Source: Raillietiella orientalis (Eukaryota). From it: DNA of 64,000 nt. Positions 26,714 through 39,099 of this stretch are shown here, piece by piece. Within the stretch, counting starts at the first letter, position 1. Each line of letters opens with the position of its first letter. The notes below the pieces were generated by a model. The model saw nothing but the letters and a program-made list of their open reading frames with translations. It had not been told where the DNA came from and did not search any database. The stretch spans positions 3,224,001 through 3,288,000 of the forward strand of contig JAYWIR010000012.1 of assembly GCA_036172245.1 (NCBI GenBank), written 5' to 3'. Position numbers and translations under genes: made by a program.

Positions 26714-28350
26714 GGATGACACCCGGTTGCGCCGGAGCGTTTATTTATAAAAAATAAACACACAATTCAGTGGTAGGACGCTTGGTCCCATGGTCTCGTT
26801 CCCATGGTTACATTAGAAATGTAACCATGGGAACCTGCCGAGAACTGGCAGGCAGGCCGGCGAGGTTCGCCCGGCAGTAGAGGGGGAGGGAAGCAGAACA
26901 AACAAAAAGAAAAATAAAACAAAAAAATATATACAAAAAAAATTGGGGGGGGTTTGGGAAGGGATTTCTGTGTGCTGGAGGGTGTCTTCTGCATCCTTTG
27001 CAGGATTCCGGCAAGTTCCTGTTTCAAGATTCCTAGATCTTGACGCTGTCCTCATGATAGAGGACGGCAAAATAGGTCCCTGTCGTTCTGGCCTTCTCTA
27101 GCATTGCTTCATGCAGCCACGATTCCGCCGCGTAGGCAGCAAAGTGCTGTTAGGGGTGCGACCTGCCGGCATGAGGGCATTTCTCAGGAAGAGATGCTTC
27201 AGAAGGTCTCTGGCGTTGACCTCGAAGTTTACACGATAGTTTCCACAGGGGAATGAGGGCAACACAATCCAGGAGCAGGTGCGGGAAACTCTCTTTCGCT
27301 ACACCTGCTGCACTTGGCGATCGCATTCCCCTGGGTCCAATGACGTGGGCGGGCGTTGCACGGGAGGCCCCAATGCAACAGCAGAATCACCGACTCCCGC
27401 CACTTTAGGGAAAGGGCAGCAATGGACCAGAACGCTGGGGAGCACTTCACCTCCTCCGGAGTCATTTCCAGCAGCTCTCTCCAACGTAGCAATCCTTTTG
27501 GAAACACTCGGGGTGGTAGCATCCGGTCAACTCTGCCTAGGGATACTGCGGACCTATTCCTCCGTTCGCACGAGTGCACGCTTTTCTTCCATGTCTCAAA
27601 ATGCCCACCTGTGGGTGCTTTGGAAGCATCCCAGATGCATAACAGTGCACGCCTGGGTCCATGCAAGCAGCGAAAAGATCTAGGAAGGGCTCCGGGAGAA
27701 GGTGTTCCCTCTGACGCTCGGGAATTAGAACCGTCGCTCTGGCTGGCTCCGGAGGTACCTCGAGGAGAAAGCTGCACCACTGTTCCTTCTTTGAAGGGAA
27801 CCTAGGAAGGGTCCGTTCCTGGTTTCCTCCTCCGAAGACAACCCCGAAGGAACGCTTTCAAAGTCTTCACTCTCTTCGTGCTATGACGCGTAGAGAAGCA
27901 CGAGGAGGAGCAAACCTGCTGCCAGCACTTCGATGTGACCTCCCCAGTCCGGGCAGGGCAATGAAGCGGCGTGCAGCAGCACCAGAGGCCTTCCAGAGTT
28001 CGGCGTTCTTTTTGAAAAAAGGGGTCCCTCCTGCAGTACGTGGCAGAACTCAACTGCCGCTGTCGCCTCCGGGATGGGAGGGCTGAAAACCTCTACCGGG
28101 TCGCAGTTCCTGATCATAGCTACGAAGCGCAGGTGGGGCGAAGGATAGGTTCCGCTTCCAGTATTTCCAATTCCTTTCAAGAGGTGGTTCTTCGCTCCAG
28201 GAGATCCTGGAAGATCCCACGAAGAGTGCATGGGCAAGCAGACTCTCCCTCGCTGCCGCACTGCCCTTCCTTGGGGAACACATCGACAACAGTCTTACGG
28301 CTACATGGGAGGTTACTGTGGAAACCTCCGAAAGGAGGAAAGGACTCGGC
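26714..28350 (-). mobile_element. 5'-truncated L1/Tx1-type LINE (ORF2 thumb, zf-RVT, 3' UTR), copy A
   Basis: Frameshifted motifs SLPCPDWGG (LPxxxGGL-like) and LKWRESVILLLHWGLPCNARPRHW..KCSRCSERE (zf-RVT C-terminal finger), then a T-rich 3' UTR; clearly homologous to 28440-29150 on the opposite strand. Confidence 0.75.
26798..26834. repeat. perfect 17-bp inverted repeat with 3-nt loop
   Basis: GTTCCCATGGTTACATT-AGA-AATGTAACCATGGGAAC. Confidence 0.95.
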
Positions 28351-28439
28351 GAGAGGACGACAGGCCAGTTCACTGACTCTGTGACCCCGATTGCTCGACC
28401 CCATGGGCTTTTACGCAGGGGCGTGCTGCTAGATATTCC

Positions 28440-29150
28440 GGAGGAAGACCTTCAGTGGCCCCCGGCGCTCATGAACACCCGCACCCTCCCCTTGAAGTGG
28501 AAGTGGTCGGCATTGATGCTGCTGCACTGGGGCCTCCCGTGCAACGCCCGCCGGCATTATTGGACACGGGAGGGAGGGTGGACCCAAATTGTGCAAGGTG
28601 CGGGGAGCGAGAATCCCTCCCGTACCTACTAGTGACTGTTTTGCCCTCTGACTCCTGTGAAAGTGCTTTGCTGTGTCTGGGGAACCCTAAGGGCAACCCC
28701 AGAGACATTCCTGAGAAACGCCATCATGCTGCCCACATCCCCAGCAGCACTGCGCTGCCCACGCGGCGGGATCGTCGCTGCAACGTCAAAGGAGGCCAGA
28801 ACGACAGGGTCAATTTTGTTGTCCTCTTCATGAGAACAGCGTCAAGATGGCCCCATCTGGGAACCATAAAGCAGGTACTTGCCGGCATCCTTTCGAGGAT
28901 GCAGAGGACGCCCTCCAACACACAGTGATCCCTTTCCGAACCGCCTCATTTTTTTGACTATGTTTTTCTTTTTTTCTTTTTGTTTGTCTCCCCTTCCCCT
29001 ATGCTGACGAGGAGAACCCCGCTGGTCTGCGTGCCCGTTCCCGGCAGGTTTCTTCTCGTAGTTATAAGTAACGTGGCAGGATCAAACGTCCTGCCACAGA
29101 CGTGTATGTTTATGTTTTAAGTAAACGCTCCGGCGTGACCGGGTGTCAAC
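28440..29150 (+). mobile_element. 5'-truncated L1/Tx1-type LINE 3' end, copy B (diverged relative of copy A)
   Basis: LPLKWKWSALMLLHWGLPCNARRHYW..DPNCARCGERESLPYLL, the shared tail KQxLAGILxRMQxTPSxTQ, a T-rich UTR and a shared 27-nt terminus. Confidence 0.75.
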
Positions 29151-29199
29151 CAATTTTTTTCAAGAGGTGGTCCGCGTGCGTTGGGACGCTGCGGAAACG

Positions 29200-31250
29200 T
29201 CGGCAAATCCTCCGCGGTCATCGGAGGACGGCTCAACCATGGAGCGGGCGGGCGGCGCCGGGCGCGGACCTCGGGAAGTGGCAGCCGGTATTGCCGCCGC
29301 CTCCGCGAGCGGGCGCAGAGCCCAGCAGCCCCGATCCAGAGGTGCATCTTGCCGCCGGATGGCCGACGACGACGGATTTTGGGGTTTTATCCAGCATCCA
29401 CACCTGGCGGTAGGCACACAGCCACCCCAAACTCACCTCTTCCAGCCGTGCCTTACAAGAAGCGTCATCTTACGGGAGAATGCTCTGCGGTGGCGGAGGT
29501 TCTTGTGGTCACGTCCGGAGAGACCAGCATGGTAGTCCCTTGCATGGTGGTGCGAAGAGACTTCCCGCGGGGGAACCCGTGGCTCGAGTGGACGCTGAGA
29601 TTGGTGCTCCACCCGATCCACAGGACACGCCCCGTGAAAGGTGGCGACGAGCCACGGGACACATCCCGAGGGAGGTGGCGCCTCATGGACCGGGCGTCCC
29701 CCTGCTCTGGGGAAGGCTGCGGCCGCAGTCCCCACAAACACTGCCGGCAACTGCAGCGGTCTCCCTGGAAACCACTCTTCCCTCCCGAGGGAGTCAGCTC
29801 GGGAGGGGAAGCATTCCCGACGCCACGTGCTCTCCCTCCCGCTCGCCGCCGTCTTCCGGACAGCACTCGGCAGCCACCCCCTACGGCGTCCCCCTCGCCT
29901 CTCAGCGAATGTCCCGGCCCGCAGTGCTTCGAGTGTTGGGGGCTCTTGGCAGTTACCCCTCTCTCCAACCCCATCCAGCGAAGAGGCACTCGCCTTTTTG
30001 CCTTCCTCGGAAGGGAAAGCTCCGGATGGCGTCTCCCTGGAAACGGGACGCGCATCCTGGCATCTGAATCTCCTCCTCCCGTTCTGCGAGCGCGGGCTGC
30101 GGGAAAGGGTCGGCTGGAGATCCCGCGAGCCACCTCACCAAGGAGTGAGCGGTCCCCCTTGGTTGCCGGGAACCTCGGCTCGCTTCGGTAGCAGTCGACG
30201 TCTCCCTCGCTTCCCCCTCCCAACCGGGACGTCCCCTCCTCGTTTTTTTTTTTTTTTTTCGTATATCCCGGGACACGCCCGCCGGCGATCCTCCTCCCAA
30301 CTCGGAGGATCGGCGTCACAAAAGAGCAGTTTCTAACCTGTCTGACTTTGAAGGAAAATTCCTCACGGTGATTCCAGAATATAGAACAGGTTTAGTTTCA
30401 GATGACAAGGTACACAAAGCCATAATATGCAGTGGTAAAGTTTATTACGATATAATTGAAACATGTGAAAGACAAAAAATAAACGATATAGCAGTAATAC
30501 GTTTGGAACAGTTTTATCCATTTCCTGCTGATAAATTAAGTAATGCCGCCGAAGAAGGAAAGGAGAGGGCTTGGAAGAGCCGGGAACAAGAAGGCCCTCC
30601 GGCAGCGAGCGGCAACGGAGGGACCACCGCCTGACCACGGAGCATCCCTTCTTCCTACCTCCCAGGAGCGACAGTGAGATCCCGGGAGGACATGCCTTCC
30701 CGCTCGCTCACCGCGGCTTCCGCCCCTTTCCCGGAAGCGGCTCCCTTCCGTGGACCCCTCTAAGGACTTCGGTCGCGCGGGAAGGGGATGGAACCGGCTG
30801 GGAAAGAGGGAGGGGGAAGAGCAATCGGTCCTTCGGCACCTCCTCGTCACAGAAGGATCCCTCGAGGCTCCTGGACTTTTTGTCCTGGCTGCTGGCGCCC
30901 GCTCCAGGATCGCGTCCTCACGACCCCACTGCCCCCCCGTGCGGTCGCGTTTCCTCCTTCGCAATCCAGACCTTTCGTCCGACAGAGTCCGCTTGGGCAG
31001 ATGCAGGGAGAGGGGAGGGATCCGCCGCAGGGCAGCATCCGCCGCAGCGCCCCGCACGAGGTCGTCCCGACTCTCATTCGGCGCCGCAGTCGCAGGGATC
31101 GGTGGATGCGTGGAGAAAGGGGAGGGGGGGGGATCGGGAGTCGGCCCCAGGATCCCCTCGGCAGAAGAAGGGCAGCTTCCACTTACCCTCCCCTCCCCCC
31201 CACCTCTCCTCTTTCCCCCTCGGGGGATGTGAAGGAGGTCGCGCCAGCGG
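29200..31250 (-). mobile_element. decayed L1/Tx1-type LINE interrupted by the sucA fragment
   Basis: TLSDERSGL (IxxxQxGF-like) lies on the high-coordinate side of the insert; LRWMGL, HSLRGEG (LSLxGR) and LTPSGGKSG lie on the low-coordinate side, collinear. Confidence 0.45.
30314..30545 (+). pseudogene. sucA: bacterial (Wolbachia/Rickettsiales-like) 2-oxoglutarate dehydrogenase E1 fragment; nuclear endosymbiont insertion
   Basis: 232 bp at ~34% GC (counted) inside GC-rich flanks, with sharp edges. 77 stop-free codons: RHKRAVSNLSDFEGKFLTVIPEYRTGLVSDDKVHKAIICSGKVYYDIIETCERQKINDIAVIRLEQFYPFPADKLSN, containing the SucA C-terminal motifs CSGKVYYD and IRLEQFYPFP. Confidence 0.9.
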
Positions 31251-31673
31251 AACGGAAGACGGAGCGCGCGCGCGCGTCACGTGAGGGTGGCGACAGGAGG
31301 GAATGCAATCCACGGCATTTCTCCGCGCACATTCCCCGCATCGAGAGATAATCGAAAATACCAGCATTGATTAAGGAAAAATAATGGAATTTCTTAAGCA
31401 TTTCCGAGGAGGCATCGAGCAAACTGTCGGGCTGTGGGGAGAAAATGGCGGCGAGAGGCCGAAATAAACGGATTGTGTTCGTGGCGCGATTTATTCCGGT
31501 TTTCGGAATTATCCCGAGCGTTTTTAGAGCCCACGGCTTGGAGAGAACGAATCGAAAAGAGGGGAGAGGGGAGGAGGAGGAGGAGGAGGAGAAGAAAGAG
31601 AGGAAGAAAGCGGGGGAGCGAAAGGGGGGAGGAGGGGGAACAGAAAAGAAAACACACACATCCATGTATGTAT

Positions 31674-31700
31674 ACACACACACACACACACACACACACA
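31674..31700. repeat. (CA)n microsatellite
   Basis: Direct reading of the sequence. Confidence 0.95.
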
Positions 31701-32899
31701 GTTACCACTTTCGCGAGGGGGACTCTCTCGTTCCTGGATCCGGTCGAGCTGCCGAGAAATTTGCGAGGGAAGGGAAACGCAGCCGGTGCAGGAAGACGAG
31801 CAGTCGAATTTCCTTCACGGGTCGCCATGCTGGAGCACGTGACTCTCAGGGTTCGGTGACGTCACTCCGTAACCATTTCCGAGATAACTGCATATTGTTG
31901 ACGGCCGCCATTTTTCACTCGAAACCCGAAAGCGGATTAAAAAGCCATACGATGGAGAAGTGATATTACAGCACAGGAGTCCTCGATTTGCTCCGTTAAT
32001 TTTATTCGTCCAAGTGGAATACAGTACATGTTTTTTTTCTCCTTTCTTTTTTTTTGATTTACTTATATTTTTTGATCTGTGCATGCTTTCGTTTCTTTTT
32101 TTCTAATTACGTGTGTGTGCGGTGTGTGTGTGTTTTGCTGCTCCGAGGAAACAAGTTGTCTTCGTGTCACTCATGTGTGAGAGAGTATGTTGTCGTCTTA
32201 TTTATTTATGAGGACGAATGCATTTTCGCTTCCCCATGCCTTGACAACTCGTGCGAAACGTTTTATTTTACTAATTTAAATGAAACTGTGTGCTCCTGTT
32301 TTCTCTACTTCACGAGAGGAGTTGATCCTTATTTTATAAATTTATGTGCCACGCTGTGCTCCCATTTCACGAATTCGTTTGAAGCTTCGTACGAGAGTTT
32401 GGTTTTCGCCGGGAGGAAGAGGATGTGTGATAGCAGGGGCAAGGAGGGATGCATCCGGGGAGCACACAACGATTGCGTGTTTCGTAGATTTCCTCCCGAA
32501 CGGCGGCGGATGAGGGGGGTCTCTTGTCGCTTTTAGTTCTCGAAGCTGCCCTCCTTGGTCGACTTGCCCCCTTATGCACCTTCCCGGGAACCCGCGCGCG
32601 CGCACCCCGTGCTGTGTCACGGACCGAGCAAACGTCCGTTCACTTTCCCTCCGAGTCCACGCGCGTGCGTGAACAGGGGAGGAGCCGTCGAAGAGCTCGT
32701 CCCTCCTGCCTCCTCTCCTCCTCCGTAAAGCTCAAGGACCCCAGAGACTTCTCGTTTGGGCTCTCGGAGTTTCACTTTTTCGCCCAGCGTCAGAAGACTC
32801 TCCCGTACACAACGCGATTAAAGATCGATTGTGTTCGGGAACGAGCGGCAATAATGCGAATGGAACGCGTTACATAAAGTAGACAATGGGCTTCCCTCT

Positions 32900-35800
32900 T
32901 TATGGAGCCTCATCTGCAGTTAGCAGCTCTCCCGGACGGAAGGGCTGGAGCGTTCGTAATTGCAGCGGCGAAGGAGTCCCTCCGCGAGGAAAACGGGTCT
33001 CTCGCTACGTGGCGAGCGGACGTCGCTTCCCGGAAGCGACCCCTTCTCTCACTTGGATGGGGAGAACCCTCCCGGCCACCCGCAGATGCTCGCAGACTCT
33101 TCTCGGAAGGAGGGTGGGCCGATGGTGCGCGCCTGCAGAGGAGACGCTCGCGAGCGCAGCCACTGCGGCTGCTGCTCCTCCTCCTCATCCGTTCCGTTCA
33201 TCGGCTGGAACCAGAGCGGTGACCCAGCGATCCCATGGGGTAAGGCCGGGCGGTCGCCACAGCTTTCCCGTCCCTCTCTCCCCTTCTGCCTCGTAAGGGG
33301 GGAAGGCGCCCGGTACCGTTCGTTCTCTCCTTGAGCCTCATTCCTGGATAGCACTATCCCACCCCGCCCTCAACCCATTTCCCCTTCCGCTCTTCGCCAC
33401 GGTCGGCGTTCCTCGAAGGACCCACTCCCTCCCGCGCCGCAATCCCTTTCTGGCATCGACGCCGATTCTTGGCCGCGTGTGTCCCCCCCCCCTCTCTTTC
33501 TGTATCCCTCCCTTCCTGCACCCCCCCCCCTCCGCAGGAGGGGAGGCGTCATCCCTCGTGCCTCGCGGGGTCCGAAAGGGGGCGCACGATGCTGCTGTTC
33601 GCTCGCTCGCTCCGCGCCGCGCGCGTGGGGTCCGGAGGAGAGGAGCGTTCTCGCGGCTCCAGTTCGAAGACCGCTCCCCTTCCTTCCCCCGCACCCTCTT
33701 TCACTATTTCCGCTTCACAGAGACGATTTCCGGCTCCCCTCACTCCCACGTGCGCGGACGGAACCTGGAGAAAGTCCAGCGTCCATCCAGGGATCAGCGG
33801 CGCGGGAGGGACTGCGCGGAAAGAGATGTTCCCCGGGACGGGAGAGAGCTCGTGCCAGGGGCGAATTCCCGTTCTCTTCCGCGAAGTGTGATCGGAAGGG
33901 GGAAGGGACGGACCGTTCCCGGCGGAGTCGAGCAAAGGGAGGCGGGTCTCAAGCGCTCGGAAAGGGAAGTGGGCGCGGGTAGGCGCACCCCTTCCCTCTG
34001 ACGCTTTGAATCCTGTCCCCTCGCTCTTTCCCACCCGGGTTCCTGCGCGATCCAGGAAACTTGGGCGGAGTTGCGGGAAGACGACGAGGCACGCCATCGG
34101 AGGTGGGCGGGGTGGAAAAGAGGGCGGAAGTTCCCTCCTGCGGGGAGCGAAAGTGCGCATCGATCCCTCGTGAGGAAGGGGAAGGCAGGGGGCGCTCGTA
34201 GAAGAGGGGATCAACCGGGCATAACGAGGATCAAAGGGAGTAGGGAGACTCGGGCGATTCAGGAGAAATCGTTTTTCCCAGTAGGGGTGGGAGGAAGGGG
34301 CAGGAGATCGACGACAACCCTTGAGTCGACGGGGAGGCGCGGAAAGGAGAGAGGCTTCGGGATCGAGGGGAGGGTACCGAAGCTTCCCTTCTTTGCCAGG
34401 GGCCAAGAATCCCCTTCGTCTTCCCCGTACGACTTTTCTCGCGGGTTCCGCCCCCGGTGAATTCCATCCCCCCACCCCACCCCACCCAGGCGATTGGCAC
34501 CCCACACCGCGGACGAATCTATGCAGCTTCTGGTCCTTGGGAGGGCCTTCAAGTGAGGAGGGGGGAAGGACGTGCCCGTCCGTTCCCAGGAGGAGACCGG
34601 CTGCTCCCCACCGCCGGGCCGCACGCCCTCTCAAGCGGCCGACAGGAACCGGATCTGCCCCCGTTCTCTTCGCCCCCTCCAATCACACCCTTCCTCCTCC
34701 TCCTGAGACGCAGCCCGGGACGCGATCCGGCTCCAGGAGGAAAGACAAACCTCCCTCGCCCGCCCGGCTGGGTCCCCTCCCTCTCCTTTGCCTCTTTCGC
34801 ATCTACTCCCCTCGTTCTGCCCACCCGACTCCCTTCCCTTCAACGAAAGGGATCAGGAAAGAGCGCTCTGCTGCCTCCCACGGGAAGGAGCGCGTCCTCC
34901 TCCCGGAGGGGTTCCTCTCGTGCCGCCGCTAGGGCGGCGCTCGCGGCGGTGGTTCTCCTCCTTCCCCCGCGGAACGCTAATTGAAGTCCCTTCCTTCCCG
35001 CGGACTAATCTTCCTCCCGCGACCGGAAGGAGGACGCCCGCCGCATCAGCTCGTTACTTCAAACGGGATTAGTCGCTCGCCCTCCCGACTTATCATGCCG
35101 CGCTCGAACGGTCTCCAGGGAGCCGGCTAATAGGCAAGGAGGAAGCCGGGCGCTCCCCCGTCCCTGGCGGCGGCGGTCTCCGCCGCATCCCGCGGATGGA
35201 TGCATCCGGGAGGGAAGCGCGCTGGGCAGCGAGGGTCAGACCTACCTCCACCCCCACCCCTTCGCTGCACTTCTGCCCTACCATTTCGTCCCTTTTCCCC
35301 ACAGCATGGTGCCAGGAAGGTCTTGGTCCTTCCCTTCCCCTCCCTCCCGTTTTGACTCCGTCCTCCTTGGCTGTCCTTCGATGGGCTCCCACCGACCGCC
35401 TCCAGGCAGGTCGCGCTCCCCCGACTCCCTCCTCTCAGGCGGAGGAGGAGCGCGGTCTCCTTGGGTCACGGGACGTTCGTCGCTGCCACCGCATCCGCCG
35501 GAAGGACCTCCCGGGCCGGAAGGCGCTTCCGAGACTCTTCGCTCACCCCTGACCCACATGCCCCCTCTCCCCACGAGAGCTGCCGTCCACTCCCCGCCAG
35601 GCCCAGGAGCGCCCCCCGGAAGGATACATGGCTTTTCCTCTCCAGAGAATGACGGGGGTCCTCTCCCGGAAGAAGGCCACCGGGAAGAGGGCCGTCGCGT
35701 CCTCTGGGCAGGCTCGCCGAGGGAGGGGGGATGGAAAAGGAGCCCAGGACTGGGACTTCTGGGAAGCGGCAACGCCTCCCTAAGAGACGCTCTCCCGGAA

Positions 35801-36760
35801 ACCCGGAGCCGTTCCAGAATTCCCGCCATCTGTTTTCCCTTTCCAGGATCCCCGAACGCTCCCTCTGCCTGAGCTTCGCCCTTGCTCCTTCCTCTCCGCT
35901 CTCGCCTCTTTCTCGAAGGCCGCTCTTCCCGGAAGCCGCACCCGCGCGGGCAGAGAAGTTTCCCATCTTCCACAAGGAGAGCTGGCATCCGGGAGACAGC
36001 GAGTCCCACCAAGGTCGAAGAAAGGAAAGGTGGATGCTGCATGTTTTCCGGGATGAAAGCTGTGTGCGCGATGGAAGGGCCGCCTTCCGGTAGACGTCGG
36101 GAGACCCTTTTTTCCCCCGGGAAAGAGGTCCACACGCCCTCGTGTGTGTCTCGCTCGTTCTCAGCAGCCCTGCAAGGGAAGGCGGGGCGAGGGTTGCTGC
36201 ACCAGCAGGCCTCTAGGTGGCCGCCTTCTTCCGGAGCGCAATCCCTGCCTCGAAACGACACCCCCGACGGTTGGGCGCGCGCGGCCTCCCCAGTCCTTCC
36301 CCTGCGCGAGCCTCTCCTCTCTCCATCCGGGAGCGCTGACTCATCATCCCCTTCGTCTCCTCCTTATGGGAATGCTCGCCGGGTGGAGGCTGAGCGCCGG
36401 CGGAACTCGCGGGCGACGTCTCCTGGAGGGGGGAGCAGAGCTAGCGGCGACCTCCCGTCTCCACGGAAGAGCAATCGCTTGCTGTGCGGGGTCTCCTCTC
36501 GTCCCCTTACCCTCGTTCTTCCTTCCGCCGCAAAGGAAAGTCCCAAGGGAATGGAGATTCGGAGGATCCTTCCCCCCCCCTCCTTTTCTTCGCTTTCCGT
36601 ATTCCCGGAAATTCGCGTACTTCCGGGCAAGGACGCCGATTATCGATCCAGCGGACCTCATGAATAAAACATCCGCGCATTTCGCTGCTCCTCGAATCAA
36701 TTGATTCCCCCCCCCCTCCTTCTTCTTTCCTCTCCCCCCCCTTCCCCACCCCCACCGCCA
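32900..36760 (-). mobile_element. decayed L1/Tx1-type ORF2 (APE endonuclease to RT/thumb)
   Basis: ADVLF/IHEV (DxxxxQE), VWTSFPGEKR, PCGRWE (GxWKxN-like), LLLGTDGHVL..LHRFVRGVG (YADD region), CLPLPHEGSM (LPxxEGGL-like). Confidence 0.5.
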
Positions 36761-37099
36761 CCCCCCGAAACGATCCCTTAATAATGCAGAGCATAATCGA
36801 CGATTATCGCTTCCCGCGCGGCGCAAGCGGTTCCCGCTGCTGCCCTCCCTCCCTCTCCCCTCTCCGGGAGGATCTTTCAGGACGCGTCGCGCAGTCCCTT
36901 CGTCCGCGGGAGGAGGGGAATGAAGAGGGAAGAGGGGCAAGGAACAGCCCCCCTCGACCCCGTCCGGCCCACCGGCAAGAGGAAGGAAGGAAGGAAGGGC
37001 ATCGTCGAGTGGCCAATGCAGACCGCGCAGGATGGGGGGAAGGGGAGACGTGTCCGCCTAAGGTCAGCAGGCGTCCCTCTTGTCCTCCTCCTCGCCGCC

Positions 37100-38850
37100 T
37101 TCACAGTGGTCTCAGGGAAGAGACCGTACCTTCCGGGACGTTCCAGATTTCAGGAGGAGGAGCGCGGACAACACGCGCGCGTCCCTCCGGAGGGAACTAA
37201 GGTGAGGGGAGGGAGAGGACGCGTCCCACAAAGCACAGGAGTCGTCGCAGGGGTTCCCCTCCGGGGCGCGCGCGTGCGCACCTCGGCCGTTGCGACCCGA
37301 CCCCCGAGAAAGCCTCTGCCGTGTGCGCCCCCTTGCGCACAGCGCGCTCCTCCTCCATCCCCACCCCTCCCCTACCTCCAGCGCACTGCGCTGAGTGGGA
37401 AGGAGAGCCTGCGCCACTGGAGGGGAGAGGCACGCCGGAAAGAGGGGGGAGGGTCTTTCCGTGTCCACCCAACGGCCCTCTGGCCTTGAACCCCTTGGGG
37501 CATGTTCCCACCCATCGCGTCCGATCCAGTCGAAAAATCGGGAGGTGGGGGAAGTGAGGGGGCAGGGCGTCAACCTCACTCCTTCCTTGGGGATCCACCT
37601 GTCACCGCCTTTGGGAGCGAACTGCGGCGCTCACGCCTCCCTCTTCGTCCTCCATCCCCCTCCCCGCCACACTTCATCCTCGCGGTCCCCTTCACCGCGG
37701 GAGGACCCAAAGGAAGCGTCAGGATCGTCCACCATCGCGCTACCTCCCATTGCTGGTTTCGGCGGTTTCCCTGGAGGCGACCTCCCTCCCTCCTTCTGGC
37801 CTGCCGAACCACTGAGGATCCGAAGCGACGACGTTTCCCGGGGCAGAGGGGACCGCCTCAAAGCGTGGCGTCCGCGGGAGTTAGGGAAGGGGGATATCTT
37901 CCAGCCAGGTTCCCCCCCGCGAGGGAAGGAGCCCTTGAAAGGGGAAGCCCTCTCCGATGGGGCCTCCATGGCGCCACAAGGGGACCCCTCGAAACTCGTG
38001 GCTCCTGCGGGATGCGGCGTCTCCAGGCCCCTCTCTGCCTTCCGCTTGGAGGATTCTCGGGAAGCAGCGGGGCGGTGGCGGGTACTTCTCCTCCTCCTCC
38101 CCATGAATGCTCCCCTCTGCTCGGCAGGAACGAGCGGACGGAGGGAACGAAGGGTGAGGTCACGTGTGCTCCCCCATGGAGTCTACGAATTTCCGGCACG
38201 CCTCTTCCCGGGAGCGGGCAACCCCACAAGATGGCCGCCTGCTCTCAGAGGGGGGCCGGGCTCGAGCACTAAAGGAGGAGGGGAACGCGAGGGGTGATGG
38301 GAAGAAACGTGTATCCCGTACCCCCTCCTACTTCTACCTACGCTCAGATCCCCCGGAGGCTTTCCCGACCGCAAGTGCGGGCTACCCGTCGCCGGAGCTT
38401 CAGCCAGGAACCGTTTTTGTTTTGCCGCGAAGAAAGTGGGGGAGGGGGAGAGGGCGAGCCGTGGGAAAAAGGATTTGGGGAGAGGAGGGAGAGGGAAGGA
38501 GTTTCTGGCCCCTGCGCATCCCGCGGGGGTTCCTCCAGAGGAACTTCTTCAGGAGAAGGGTTTCCCTGAGGCGCTGGGGAGATCCCCCTTGCCCCCCCTT
38601 CTCGCAGCGGGATCCCGACGGGACTCCGCGAACGCGGGATTCGAAGGAACACCGGAAGTTTCGAGGGGGGATGGAAATCTTCCTCCCTCGGAACCCCTCC
38701 TCCTTCCGGTCCCCCCTCGCTCTCCTGGCTGCGCCACCGCCCCAGGGGAGAAAGGAGGAAGGAACGCGCCTATTCCCCCTCCCTCCCCCCACGGGAACCG
38801 AAAGAAGGGGAGCGGGGTTATGGCTCCTCCCTAGGCGACCCTCCTACGTC
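37100..38850 (+). mobile_element. decayed L1/Tx1-type LINE 3' part
   Basis: PIQSKN, SLGIHL (YLGI), IALPPIAGFGG (LPxxxGGLG), KEFLAPAHPAGVPPEELLQEKGF (zf-RVT-like). Confidence 0.5.
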
Positions 38851-39099
38851 GTTGGAGCCCGGGGAGAGGCGCGCCCTCCTCCCCTCCCTCCGGGGGCGCG
38901 AAGAGACTCTCCTGCCCGCTCGTCCACGGAGCAGTCGGAGGGGGAGAAACGGAGGAAAGGTGGCGGTCCCTAAGCAGCTCAAGACGGGGGAAGGTCGCGG
39001 CGTCGCGCCCCGAAGTCCTGATCCCTCTGTCACCTATCCACCGGAGAGCACGGAAGACCTTCCTGAAGCCCTCCTTCCCGGGACGGGCCTCCGTATGCA

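Noticed and set aside
26714..26741. GGATGACAC-N13-AGCGTT resembles the U6 snRNA 3' region (GGATGACAC-N12-AGCGTT)
   Set aside because: Only 9+6 nt match, the middle differs, and copy B breaks the first block; probably chance, though worth rechecking against the family consensus.
30310..30552. TCGGCG/CGCCGA inverted repeat at the ends of the sucA insert
   Set aside because: Six bp in GC-rich flanks is expected by chance; no transposon ends or TSD.
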